Positions 32,404 through 44,026 of a stretch of 64,000 nucleotides of DNA are shown in pieces. The position numbers and the translations under genes are program-made. The stretch spans positions 3,692,880 through 3,756,879 of the forward strand of contig CM074810.1 of the NCBI GenBank assembly GCA_037447605.1, given 5' to 3'. This DNA comes from Zygnema circumcarinatum SAG 698-1b (Eukaryota; Plantae; Zygnematophyceae). Under the pieces are notes generated by a model that searched no databases, was not told where the DNA came from, and saw nothing but the letters and a program-made list of their open reading frames with translations. Every line of letters starts with the position of its first letter. Within the stretch, counting starts at the first letter, position 1.

Positions 32404-33714
32404 TCAGCTGGTGGCACCACTGCCCGCCCTGCCCTGACCTCGCTGCACAGACCCTGCCGGCGGGCCCGAACCCTTGGTAGACAATAGAGGGACCTCCCTG
32501 CTGACACGGTGGATCCGGATGCCTGACCACCATGGCCACCGCTCCCATCGCTGGAGCCAACGATCCTCCCGCGCGGCGTGGAGGACCAGCGGGCCCACAG
32601 GCTGGAGCGCGAGAGGTCTCTCGCTGGGCTCCTCACGGTGACTCCACGAAACTCAGAACCGACGCCTGCAGGAGGACTTCAGGACGATCACCGCCTGACT
32701 TGCGGAGGCCCCAGTGCACCAGAGATCAGTGAGCTCATCACATCAGGAGCAGCCCCTCCTCGGGGCTGCTGCTGGCCGCTGGCTTGCTGGTGCGCTGAAC
32801 TGTCCTGCCCTCCTCCTGGTCCTGGCCCTTCCGGAGGTCCCTCACCGGTGCCCCCGATGGGGGTGACCCGTGACTCTGGTGTGCCCGTCGCTGTGGACAC
32901 CCCACCTGACACTCTTGGTCCGGGGCCACACCAGCTGCTTTGTGGCTGAAGTTGTCGCATCTCCCTGACTTGGGGTTGCGCAACGCGCCAGTCTCCCCCA
33001 CCTTGGCCCGGGAGCGCCTGCCATCGACCCTCGCGGCCCTCCAGCAGCTGGTGAGCAGTTGAAGAAGACTCATCAAACCCCTTCACGCTGTGCACACACA
33101 CTACACTTGAGTTCAGCAAACAGGGCGAGAGTGAGAGAGCTTCAGAGGGCAGTGGCGGAGCCCGGCCCAGGGGCTGAATGGAGACCGGGCACGTCGCTGG
33201 ACGAGAGCCACCCACGCCCCTTTACGCTTCCCCTGCCCATCCTCTGGACCAGGATGCAGGATTGCAGGATGCCTGCCCAGGCTGCAAACTGCCACGTGTC
33301 CTTTCCCCAGCGGAATGAACCAGAAGGTACAACCATGAACGTCAGCCGATTGCGGTGCTGGCGATGGCGCGGCTGCGCAGTCAGTCTGCATGGTCGATAC
33401 CGACGGCGGCGCGGCGCGGGGTCTAACTGACATCCTTGCCGGGCTATGGGGCCCGGAGGTGTACGGATGACCGCTCGTTGTAAAATAAGAAGCAAGAGAA
33501 CCACCCGTACCTCGATGACACCGTGACGCCACACATACATGTTCAGCATGCTTGTGGGTATTCCAACCTTGCATGGCTGATATCCCATTCCCAGAGGTGC
33601 TGCCTGTCTCAGGTGGCTCTGAACGCTTGGCGATTGCTGCTGCCCAGATGAGAGCACCAGACGGGGAGCGTGCTGCAGGACACCTCTGCGGGTGACTGCA
33701 GTGTTTTTGCTGAC

Positions 33715-35001
33715 ACCATGCCCCCTGTGAGACGTGGGAACGCCCCTCACGTGTGTAGAGGGCAAAGGCAGCTCGGAGCCCTGTCTGACGTCGCAGCCAA
33801 TTGTGAACCGGGAGGGCTCAGCCACAATCCCGTTAGTCCCTTTCTGAGTTGCGGTGGGGATTGGCCTAGGACCCCCTGCGGCCTGCCCTGCGGCCTCTGT
33901 GTTACTCTCCCAGGACAAGTTGATGAGCTCCTGGCAATTGTCTAAGTTGCCCTCGGCTTCCCATGTGCTATGTTCAACCCCATAGCCCAACCATTTCACG
34001 AGGTATTCGTGACGGGAAGATCGACCTTTTCTCACAATACGGTGGGCTCGAATGGTTTCAACTTCATATTGCAGCTTCACTTGTCAAGTTCCATGGGAGA
34101 GGGGATCCATCCTCCCATTGCCACCGCAGACCTTTACAAAACCCACATGAAAGACCGGATGCACCTTCATGTGGGATTGTAAATCCAACCTGTAAGCGAC
34201 ATCATTGATTCGCTTCACGACCTTGAAGGGTCCGATGAAGCGGGGCCACAGCTTACGTGTTCCGCCATAAGCTTTGAGTCTCAAGTTCGCCGTACTTAGC
34301 AACACTTCATCGCCCTCATTGAAAGTGAGTTGGGTACGGTGACGGTCAGCATAGGCCTTTTGTCGCGACTGGGCCGCTAGCAGGGTCTGCCGTGCCCTCT
34401 GCAGCGCCTCAGACATTAGCCGGACAAAAGATCTGACTGCGGGAGGTTGAGTCCCATCAGTCCCTCTCTACTTCCAAGGGTCGGGGGTTCTGTGGACGCT
34501 ATGTTCCACGGATTAGGGGGCTGATCCTTGGCTGAAGGATTTTACAGGGATGCTGACCGAAGTTCAGGAGACAGAGGTGGACGCAATGGACTCCTGGACA
34601 TTATTGATGGCAGACCACCACTGGGAGCAGCTCGTCCTGACCCCATCCGGGGCAGACTCTGCACACAACGTTGAGGGTTGAGGATCTGCTTACCCGCCGC
34701 CGGCGATCGGTTTGAGGAAGCTGCAGCCATGCGCCCGCACGATTTGAGCACTTCCGCCCGGCAGAATGGCTGGTGATCGTGGATTATGGCCATACACACA
34801 TCTCTCGCATGAAGACCATGCTGGTTCTCATATCGCCACAGCCGTGATGCTCTGGTTACGCTGCAGAGCCGGTGCAGCACCATCTTGTTGAGCCGGTCGA
34901 GAAGACCAGGGACGGAGTCATGCCCTCGAGGTGTCACAGGAAGATCTGCGATCAAGTCCATACCCACACTGTCCACTTTGAAGCAGGTGTGAGGGGGATG
35001 C
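33715..35001 (-). mobile_element. Ty3/gypsy chromovirus 3' portion (integrase plus chromodomain), truncated by a 100-N gap
   Basis: Integrase start VGMDLIADLPVTPRGHDSV, GPY/F region AQSRQKAYADRHR...KLWPRFIGPFKVVKRINDVAYRLDL...HPVFHV, chromodomain YEVETIRAHR...EYLVKWLGYGVEHSTWE. Likely PPT AGGGGG and 3' LTR start TGTCAGC at 33715 running leftward. Confidence 0.9.
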
Positions 35002-35101
35002 NNNNNNNNNNNNNNNNNNNNNNNNNNNNNNNNNNNNNNNNNNNNNNNNNNNNNNNNNNNNNNNNNNNNNNNNNNNNNNNNNNNNNNNNNNNNNNNNNNN
35101 N

Positions 35102-35339
35102 CCACGGCGCATCCCGCCATGCACGCTCCCTGAGCCGCGTTGCAGGCCAGTATGGCCGCAGGCGCTCCCCAGTCCGCCACCACAGTTCCTGCGACGGAGC
35201 CTTGCTCATCATAGCAGGCCACCCACACCGCATAGCACACGCGCTGGCATGCGGCATAGCTGAATAGGGCGTCCGCTTGAGGAATATTTTGAGCTGCAAG
35301 GAGGAGGAGTAGCAGCAGCACGGGGAGGACTTTCTGCAT
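35102..35339 (-). CDS. Small secreted Cys-rich protein, zygote-specific class V-like family (3' end lost in gap)
   Basis: Signal peptide MQKVLPVLLLLLLLAAQNIPQADA, then six Cys in YAACQRVCYAVWVACY...GAPAAILACNAAQGACMAGC. This matches the family pattern I recall, YGICQxGC...VACY...PAAILACN...GxCMAAC. Confidence 0.75.
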
Positions 35340-36256
35340 TTCTGAATTCGGAGTGAAGGGAAGAAGAAGGGGTATGTGCGGTGTGTGCGAGGAGGAGAGT
35401 GAGGAGCGCAGTACGCTGGTCAGCGAACAATCGCCTGGAACCCTAAATAGCTTTCTGACTCCCCCTGGCGAGTAAGCGGTGCTTCAGTTTGCATGCGGCT
35501 GCTTGCGTTTGATCGATCAGTCGTGCATTTGTTGCCGGCGTGGCCGCTTCAGCACATGGAGCAGCATGCATGCATGCATGGTTATGGCTGCATGGCATGC
35601 AGCGGCTGCATGCGGCTTATTTCCCGCAGTAAAAAAGCCATAAGCATAAGCACAAACATACACAAATGTTAAATGAACCGTAAAACATAAGCATAAAAAA
35701 TACGATGAATAACAAACATGAGCATTAACAACATGAACATAAATATGTTCTCGAATCACGAGTGACTTCAAAGTCGGAAGCAACGGAGCAACTTCCACAA
35801 AATCCAAACTGCCCGCCCAGGTCCATCCGCGCCATTGCAGAATCAATCACCGCCCGCCGATCCATGCAACGCTGCAGTGAACTGTACTCATTTTCCCGTA
35901 CAGACCCACAGGACCAAAAAGTGCGATGCCGTGTACAGCCGTTTTGTCGGCGGCCCCGCCCCTCACTTTCGGCGCGCTGCGTGGTCCAAATTCTCCCTCC
36001 CTCCCACTCCCTCTCCCTCTCTCTCAATACATCCCTCTCTTAATTGGGGGGGCGGGGCCTCATAGCCTCTTTTCCCTCCCTCTCTCCCGCCCTTCCTGCA
36101 ACACCGCTCTCACTGACACTCAGAATCTTACCTCTTTCTCTCCCCCTTCCATTGTTCCCTTCTCCTTTGTGTTTTCTCCCACTCAAGTCGCAAAATCTCC
36201 CCCCTCTCCCTCCCTCCCCCCCAACATCTCTAAAGCCAGCTCTAAGCGCCTCCACA

Positions 36257-36598
36257 ATGGAAAATCCCAACAACCCCAACACCAGCAAAACTCATTTTTC
36301 GAATTCCAACCCGCCCCAGAACACCAACGGGTACAAACCCCCTCCCGGCGAGCCCTACCGGATGCCGCCACCTGTCAACCCTCCAGATGCAGTGAACCCG
36401 GACGCCTCCACCCTGCGCGAGCAGTGGCGCTACGCCCAGAGGATGTACGGACGGTACTATTCCTACGCATGGGCCTCCGCCATTCTGGCGGGCCTCGCGC
36501 TGTACGGCCTTGGGCGGGCGGTCAAAGGGGGGGACCCTCTCTCCTCGAAGAAGGGGCCGGGTGAAGGAGAGGAGGCGGAGCGGCGAGTGGAAACATAG
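36257..36598 (+). CDS. Small single-pass membrane protein of unknown function
   Basis: Intronless 113-aa ORF, GC-rich codons, motif NPDASTLREQWRYAQRMYGRYYSYAWASAILAGLALYGLGRAVKG with one TM helix. Resembles a conserved small plant protein (from recollection, unverified). Confidence 0.75.
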   Translation: MENPNNPNTSKTHFSNSNPPQNTNGYKPPPGEPYRMPPPVNPPDAVNPDASTLREQWRYAQRMYGRYYSYAWASAILAGLALYGLGRAVKGGDPLSSKKGPGEGEEAERRVET

Positions 36599-36625
36599 GT
36601 CAAGGTGGACACGGACTTGTACAGC

Positions 36626-36966
36626 TTTAGGGTTTCGGGGTTGTAGGGTTTTAGGGTTTTGGGGTTTAGGGTTTTGGGGTTTTGGTGTTTCAGGGTATTA
36701 GGGTTTTGAGGTTTAGGGTTTTGGGGTTTTAGGGGTTTTGGAGTTTTGGGGTTTTAGGGTTGCAGGATTTTGGGGTTTTAGGGTTTTGAGGTTTTAGGAT
36801 TTTGGGGTTTTAAGGTTTTAAGGGTTTTTGGTTTTAGGGTTTTGGGATTTTTTGGTTTTAGGGTTTAGGGTTTTGGGGTTGGTTTTTAGGGTTTTGGTGT
36901 TTTAGGGTTTTAAGGTTTTGGGGTATTAGGGGTTTTGGGGTTGGTTTTGAGGTTTTAGGGTTTTGG
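36626..36966 (+). repeat. Degenerate telomere-like tract (TTTTAGGG/TTTAGGG/TTTTGGGG)
   Basis: Read directly. Lies between two convergent genes. Confidence 0.85.
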
Positions 36967-37278
36967 TTTCTTTTTGTAAATAAGGATGTCGAGAGCAGTC
37001 TCTGTGCACGTTTGTTTCCGTAAGAATTCTAGAAATCCGTTGAGTAATATGTGGTTGGGCTCAATTCACGCTTAACGGCAACATAGAAGCGTTGACCATG
37101 TATCCGCCCATCTTTGCCACATAGAAACCGTCAGGCCATCAAAAAGATCCGTCCAACAACTCCAAAGCTTTCTTCTAAAGTCCAAAGACCACTTTTGACT
37201 TTTATTCAATTTCAAATGGCTTTGTACCCTATTTACATTTCCTGCATTTTCTGAAAAAAAAAATTGCTCTATATGAAA

Positions 37279-40200
37279 TCAACACGAGCAGGTGCTGCTT
37301 GCTCCCAGAGAGAGCTCGTCTCCCTTCATTGGCCGTACAACAGCTCCTGCTTGAGGCGGCCCTTTCATCAAACTCGGCGTCTCCAAAATCTGCAAAAATA
37401 AACACACACAGAAATTAGAAACCCTAAAAAAGCCAAATCCCTCAAATTGAAAAACCCTCTTAAGCTCGAGACCTCCAAAAAACCCACAAGAGTCTGTTTA
37501 GGGTTTAGAAACCCTAACAGAATGCCTAAGAAGACTCTAACCCTAAAAAGGACCTTTTCTTTCCCTCGCTCCTAAGAACCACCTGCTTCCTCCAAAAAAC
37601 AAATAAAGATTAACTTGAATCCGAACTTAGTGCCTGCAGTGTTGAACCTTTAGCTCGACCATTCAACCTGGAGCTTCAACCCTGCCCAAAACCCTCAACC
37701 CCTATCTAGTTTCTAAACGTTTTTTTGATGATTTTTCCTGCAACCACTAAACGCTGGCTGTCAGCCTTTTTGCCGTAGACCTTGAATTGACACCTTTGAC
37801 ATTTTTAACAGTTTTAACATTTTTAACATTTTTACCATTTTTACCATTTTTACCATTTTTAACATATTTGTAGGGTTGACAACACAACACAACACAACAC
37901 AAGCAAGCAAGCAAGCAGTTACGCGCACCTTGTCTACGAGTTCCTGGAAGCAGTGGTGCACGTTGAGGCGCGTCCTGGCGCTGCACTCGAGGAAGAGGCA
38001 CCCTCGCCGCCGCGCGAACTCGAGCCCCTCCTCGCGGCTCACCGCGCGCTCGGCCTCCTGCCCGCCCTCCACCGAACCCTAATTCTCGTTGACCAACCTA
38101 AGAACCTCTCACGCTGACAAATCTTGACCAAGATTGACCAGGTTTGACCAAGTTTGACCAGGTTTGACCAAGTTGACCAAGGTTGGCCAAGTTGACCAAG
38201 GTTGGCCGAGTTGACCAAGGTTGACCAGGTTTAAGCAACAGTTGACCAGGTTTAAGCAACAGTTGACCAGGTCGAACCAATATTCGTCCAGGTTTTATCA
38301 ATCAAGTTTAACCAACATTTAACCAAGTTTGATCGCTTTTGACGATGTCTGTCCAGTTTGACCAAGTTTGATGAGTTTGGCAAAAGAAGCCAACCAACAC
38401 CTTCACCCCACAATATGAAGTCAACGAGAGTCAAGAACGGTCAACGAAAGTCAGCTCGGGTCATGATTACCTGGTCAACTTTGTTCCCGACCAACATCAT
38501 GACGCAGTCCTCGTTGGTGGAATACATTTCGACCTCCTTCAGCCAAATCTCCGACAAATCGAGGAAGGACTCGCGCTTCGTGACGTCATACACTGCCAGC
38601 CAGCATCACTGTGAGCATGGAGAGAGAGAGAGAGAGAGACGGAAAGAGAGAGGGAGAGAGAGAGAGGCAGTCAGAGGGAAAGAGTGACGAGAGGGAGAGA
38701 AAGAGAGAGTGAAAGAGTTGGAGAGAGAGGAGAGAGAGCACAGAGAGAGGAGCGAGCGAGAAACGAAAGAAAGAGTGGGAGAGAGAGAGGCAGATAGAGG
38801 GGGAGTGAGTGAAGAGAGAGAGGAAGAGAGAAGGAGAAAGAGTTGGAGAGAGAGGAGAGAGAGCAGAGAGAGAGGAGCGAGAGAGAAACGAAAGAAAGAG
38901 AGGGAGATAGAGCGAAAGAGAGAAAGACAGACAGACAGAGGGAGAGTGAGGCACGGGGAGGGGAGATGAGGGGGAGAGAGAGAGATAAAACGAGTGGCTC
39001 AACCAAACCATTCATGCCCATTCCCACCTCTTTCCGAGAGAGCCCTGGCAATAAATAAAAAGCATAGCCTCTAATATGGTTCCTCCCCCCCTCCCCCTCC
39101 CCCTCCCCCTCTCCCTCCCCCTCCCCCTCCCTCTCTCTCTCTTTCTCACTCTCTCTCCTTCTCTCTATCTCTTTCTTTGTCTCTCTCTCTCTCTCGCGTG
39201 CTCTCTCACTGGACAAAATGTAGCAAATTCTCACCAAGAATGATTCCATGTGCCCCACGGTAGTACGAGCTTGTTAGGGTTCTGAATCTCTCCTGGCCGG
39301 CTGTGGAAACGACAAAAGAGAACGATGTCAGTAAGTTAAATATACAGAGAGAGTAGAGTCGAAAAAAGCGAAACATTTTTTAGCTTCGTTAAGAAAAAAA
39401 ACGATAACTCAAAAACTATTCTATTTACAGCTTTTCTCAGACGATTTAGGATAAAAGCTTCTGCTTGTTTTAAGAAAAAGAAATTTAAGTTCAACTGCAT
39501 GCTTACCTGTGTCCCAAATTGTGAGCTTCAACTTTTTGCCCTTCATCGTCATCATCTTCAGTTTGAAGTCAACGCCTGCAAACGCTCGAATGCAAATGAA
39601 TGTGTGAAAGAGTGGGAGAGGGGGTTAGGAGAGAGTGGGAGAGAGTGGGAGAGAGTGGGAGAGAGTGGGAAAGGAAAAGGAGGTGACGAGTGGGATAGAT
39701 TGGGAGAGAGAGAGGGAAAAAAACAGGAATGAAGGGGAGAAATAAGAGGCAAAGCGAGCAGGAGAAAAGATCAGCGTCAACGAGCGTTGAAAAGTTAAAA
39801 GAAGAATAAAGGGAGTGGATGGGAGGCGGGAGGGGAAAGAGAAGGGGACAGGAACGAGAGAGAAAGAGACTGGGAGAGAGAGGGAGAGAGGGGGCGAGGA
39901 GAACAGCGTTTTCTCATGAAAACTGAGAGAAAACTATGCCTGCATCACTAAACGCGCTCCTTTGCACCCTAATTCATAAAATCAATGGGACGGGAGAGCA
40001 GAATGAGGAGAGACGGTGATCCATGAGAGAGAGAGGGAGAGAGGGATAAAGGGAGAGAGAGAGAGAGGAAGAAAGGGAGAGATCGGGACAGAGGGAGAAA
40101 GGGAGAGGGAGAGGGAGAAAGGGAGAGAGAGGGAGGAAGGAAGAAAGGGAGAAAAGAATGAGAAAAATCTACCTTAGCCCTTCTCTGAACCCTAAACCAT

Positions 40201-40470
40201 GAAACCAGCTTACAAAAGACTCGCTGCTTATTCCAAACATGCTGTAGACAGAAAACCCATTTCAGTCTGACTAACTTTGATTGGAAAAATGCTTCAAATT
40301 CCATTACAATATTTTAATTTACTGTAAAGTGTAAATTTGAAATTTTAAATACCAATAGTAGGCGACAAATCGTCGAAGGTATCTGTAGTGAAGCGCAGGA
40401 GGAGGCAGCTCTTCCCAACGCCTGAATCGCCAATCAGAAGCAGCTTCAACAGGTGCTCCGGCTCTGCCAT
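37279..40470 (-). CDS. RABC: Rab GTPase, RabC/Rab18 class
   Basis: Six phase-compatible exons: 40353-40470, 39507-39575, 39235-39300, 38471-38592, 37929-38057, 37279-37389. Motifs [55 protein letters not shown] and C-terminal CSC prenylation motif. Confidence 0.97.
38088..38365 (+). repeat. About 10-bp minisatellite ((G/T)TTGACCA(A/G)G) in a RabC intron
   Basis: 13 TTGACC cores counted between 38089 and 38362. Confidence 0.85.
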
Positions 40471-41344
40471 GCTGCCACGTGGCATGGGAGGTTTGGGGTG
40501 AAAGAGTGGGAAGGGAGAGAACGAGAAGATGGAGAACAGGGAGGTGGGGATGGGGGGAGAGGTAGGGGAGGGGGAGAAGGGAGAGGGAGAGGGAGAGGGA
40601 GAGGGAGAGGGAGAGGGAGAGGGAGAGGGNNNNNNNNNNAGAGGGAGAGGGAGAGGGAGAGAGAGAGAGGGAGAGAGAGAGGGAGAGGGAGAGGGAGTGG
40701 GAGAGCAGGGAGATGGCGAGAGCGTGTAAAACGGATATCAAGGAATAAAGGCAGTGATAGAAGGGCGGTAGCGAGAGAAGAAGAGATCGAGAAGGGAGTG
40801 AAATTGCGAGAGTGCACTGCGTTGAGAGAAGGAGAGGGAGAGGGAGAGGGAGGGGGGAGAGTGAGGGAGGGGGCGAGAGAGGCAGAGGGAGAGGGAGGAA
40901 GAGAGGTGAGGGAAGGCGCCACGTGCCTTGTCGACTGCTGACTGCCAAGTGTCGTAGACTCGTAGGCCATACGGCCTACTGTAGAGTAGTATCGTATCGG
41001 GGTACGATGTTGGTTTCTTATCGGTCGTATCGTATCGTATTGTTTTGCTGTATTGTACCTTCCGATATGGCGCAGGACGGAGGGACCATGAATGAGATCG
41101 CCAACTGTCGGCCAGCCATTGGAATGGCAATGGTTGGACGGCCAATGGCTAGCAACCATTGGCAATGGTTGGTCAAATGGTCCGAATTGTGCAACATTGC
41201 ATAGATTTTACCTAATGAGTGCAGTTGACCATTGGAATGGTCCGCCATAGAAGCAGAGTTCCGCTCCAAGATTTTCTTTCCAAGAGAGACGACAGGAGGT
41301 GGCATTACTCTCGCGATGGCGATGACATGGCCAACATCATCATG

Positions 41345-41866
41345 GGGAATCACGAGGAACTGGGCGCAAAGGAGAACCACGAGGAACTGGGCGCAAAGAG
41401 GAACCACGAGGAACTGGGAGCAAAGGAGAACCACGAGGAACTGGGCGCAAAGGGGAACCACGAGGAACTGGGAGCAAAGGAGAACCACGAGAAACTGGGC
41501 GCAAAGGAAAACCACGAGGAACTGGGGGCAATGGAAAACCACGAAGAACTGGGCGCAAAGGAGAACCACGAGGAACTAGGGGCAAAGGAAGACCACGAGG
41601 AACTGGGCGCAAAGGAAAACCACGAGGAACTGGGCGCAAAGGAAAACGACCAGGAATTGGGCGCAAAGGAAAACCACGAGGAACTGGGGGGCGCAAAGGA
41701 AAACGACCAGGAATTGGGCGCAAAGAAAAACCACGAGGAACTGGGGGGCGCAAAGGAAAACGACCAAGAATTGGGCGCAAAGAAAAACCACGAGGAACTG
41801 GGGGGCGCAAAGGAAAACGACCAAGAATTGGGCGCAAAGGAAAACCACGAGGAACCGGGCGCAAAG
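41345..41866 (+). repeat. 27-bp minisatellite, 19 units, ending in a 57-bp (30+27) higher-order dimer repeated three times
   Basis: Consensus GAGAACCACGAGGAACTGGGCGCAAAG. 16 x 27 bp + 3 x 30 bp = 522 bp, matching the span. Confidence 0.95.
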
Positions 41867-42967
41867 GACCTAAGCACAAAAGAAAAATGCTAGGAGCGGA
41901 AAACTACGCCTCGGCTCAAAACCGCTTGAAGCCCTCCCTCTCTTGAAGCCGCCGCTTTCAAAGTCATTAGTCCGGTTCACCATGTTTGCATGATCCTACA
42001 AAGTGGCCTTTGAAGCGCATTCAAAAACTCGACCACTCCACCAAAAGTGCCCGCAAACCCTAATTTTGTCTCCACTCCTCCCCCCTCCTCTCCCCTCCTC
42101 CCCCTCATACATCATCCAGCCAAAACGAGCATACTTTTGGAGACAACTCACACTTCCAGCACATTCAATCAAAAAATAAAAGCTTAAAACAAAGCCAAAA
42201 GCACGGTTACCTCCTCCTGTACACAACTAAAACCCTCGAACAAGGGAAATTTCCAAGTCCTGAAGTCTGAAAGCCTTTCTGCTTCACATCATAGTTGCTG
42301 CTCACACTCCATCTATACATTTTTTCACTTTCAACGTTTGTCTGCGGAAGTTTAGAGGTTTTCTGCAGCTCACCATTCAAATCCTTTGTAGCATAAATTA
42401 AACCTCTACAGATCTTCACGAACCCCTCGCCCTCCCCTGCCCCCTCTCTCTGTAACTCTCCCTCTATCTCCCTCTCCCTCTCCGTATCTCACACTCTCTC
42501 TCTATGTAGCTGTTCATGCTCCTGCTGCTGCATTTCTATCAACATACTTCCAGATATCTACACTTCCTCATCCAAAACTAGGACTTCCTGTGTTCCAAAA
42601 TTCAGGTTTCCAGATATCATGCCCCTACCGCACACAGTGGCGCGCTGCTCTCCCTTCCTCTCTCCCCTCCCTCTCTCTCCTCCCTCGCTTTCTCCCTGCT
42701 CACCTTACCACTATCCCCCTCACTTCTCTCCTAGCGTTCCTCCCTCCCTCCCGCTCCTCCCCCTTTCTCTTCCCCCTCCCTCTCCTTCGCTTCACTTTTC
42801 TCCTCTCTCCTCTCTCAGTCCTCCCTCTCCTTCCCCTCACTTGTCTACTCCTTCTCCGCCCTCTCCTCCCCCTCACATCTCACCTCTCACCCTCCAGCTC
42901 CTCCCTCTCCTTCTCCTCCTCCTCCTCCTCCTCCTCCTCCTCCTCCTCAGCCACAGCTGCCTTCTCG

Positions 42968-44026
42968 TCACTCCCCTCCCTTCTCTTTCACATGCGTCGG
43001 ACTCCTCCTTGGAACAGTCACAGTCACAAGCCCCTCTCTCACATCCATGGCTGCCGCACCTACCACAGCGTCTTCCGGCAGCTCCACCTTCCTCTCAACA
43101 CTCCCAAAGAAGCGCTCCTGCAGTAGTGGTTCAGCGCCCTCCACGCTGACATGTGGCAGCCGCCGGCTGGCTCTCAGCGTCAATGAGGGTCTTTCCCCTG
43201 CCTCGGTGGTCATGCTCACATCCATGGCCGCCGCATCCATCATGATGACGTATGCATCCGCCGCCTGCAGCACATCCAAAGCTATGGGGCCATGGCCATG
43301 CCCCTTCCACTTGTTCTTCATTTCATGATGTCCACGTCCATGTCCGTGTCTGTACCCATGGCCATGGCCATGCTTGAGCTTCCCATGCCCATGCCCATGC
43401 TCATGCGCATGCCCATACCCATGGCCATCATGACTATGGCCATGTGGGGATTCTTTTCCTTTGCCGTTGTGCTCGATCCCCTCCACCGACGATTCCTGGG
43501 TCCTCCCATCTTGCCCATGATGCTCATGTTTATGGCCATGGCCATGCTTGAGCTGCCCATGCCCATGTCCATGACCAAGCCCGTGCCCATGCCCATAGCC
43601 ATGGCCATGGCCATGGCCATGTGGGGCTTCCTCTCCTTTTCCTTCGAGCTTGGTCTCCTCCACGGAAGCTTCCTGGGTCCTTCCGTCCCGCGCATGATGC
43701 CCATGCTTATGGTGTTGGCCTCCATGCGGATGGCCATCCTGCATGAGGAGGGCGGAGGAGAGGCAGCCAGGACCGCGATGGTGGCCATGGCCATAGCCAT
43801 GGTGAGAATGCTTGAAGGAAGGGGGCCCATGGATGGGAGGAATGTCAGAGGGGGCATGGCCATGGCGGCAGCGACGGAGCTTGTGGGCCTTTTGATACCC
43901 GCCATGGCTGCCATGGCGGTCTCCATGGTGCAGGGAACCGTCGCGGCTGTGGGGCTCATCGGGAGACACGTGGAGGGCAGCCATGGCGGAGCTTGGAGGG
44001 GAGGGAGGGGAGTCCGTGGCTGTCAT
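42968..44026 (-). CDS. Small heat-shock (alpha-crystallin/HSP20 domain) protein with a long His/Gly-rich N-terminal region
   Basis: Intronless ORF (in-frame ATGs at 44134, 44026 and further downstream; stop TGA 42968-42970). C-terminal ACD: PIALDVLQAADAYVIMMDAA...LTLRASRR...QERFFGSVERKVELPEDA...GLVTVTVPR. Confidence 0.85.
   Translation of the reverse strand: MTATDSPPSPPSSAMAALHVSPDEPHSRDGSLHHGDRHGSHGGYQKAHKLRRCRHGHAPSDIPPIHGPPSFKHSHHGYGHGHHRGPGCLSSALLMQDGHPHGGQHHKHGHHARDGRTQEASVEETKLEGKGEEAPHGHGHGHGYGHGHGLGHGHGHGQLKHGHGHKHEHHGQDGRTQESSVEGIEHNGKGKESPHGHSHDGHGYGHAHEHGHGHGKLKHGHGHGYRHGHGRGHHEMKNKWKGHGHGPIALDVLQAADAYVIMMDAAAMDVSMTTEAGERPSLTLRASRRLPHVSVEGAEPLLQERFFGSVERKVELPEDAVVGAAAMDVREGLVTVTVPRRSPTHVKEKGGE

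Noticed and set aside
33142-34080. 312-aa ORF as an extra env-like gene of the chromovirus
   Set aside because: Only the first roughly 60 aa (chromodomain) are recognisable. The rest runs through the putative PPT and LTR in GC-rich sequence.
41345-41866. CRISPR-like array or established repeat protein (ENHEELGAK)n
   Set aside because: Units are head-to-tail with no unique spacers, there are no cas genes and the context is eukaryotic. A single-unit non-coding homologue at about 14160 argues for a minisatellite; coding status is left only as a hypothesis.
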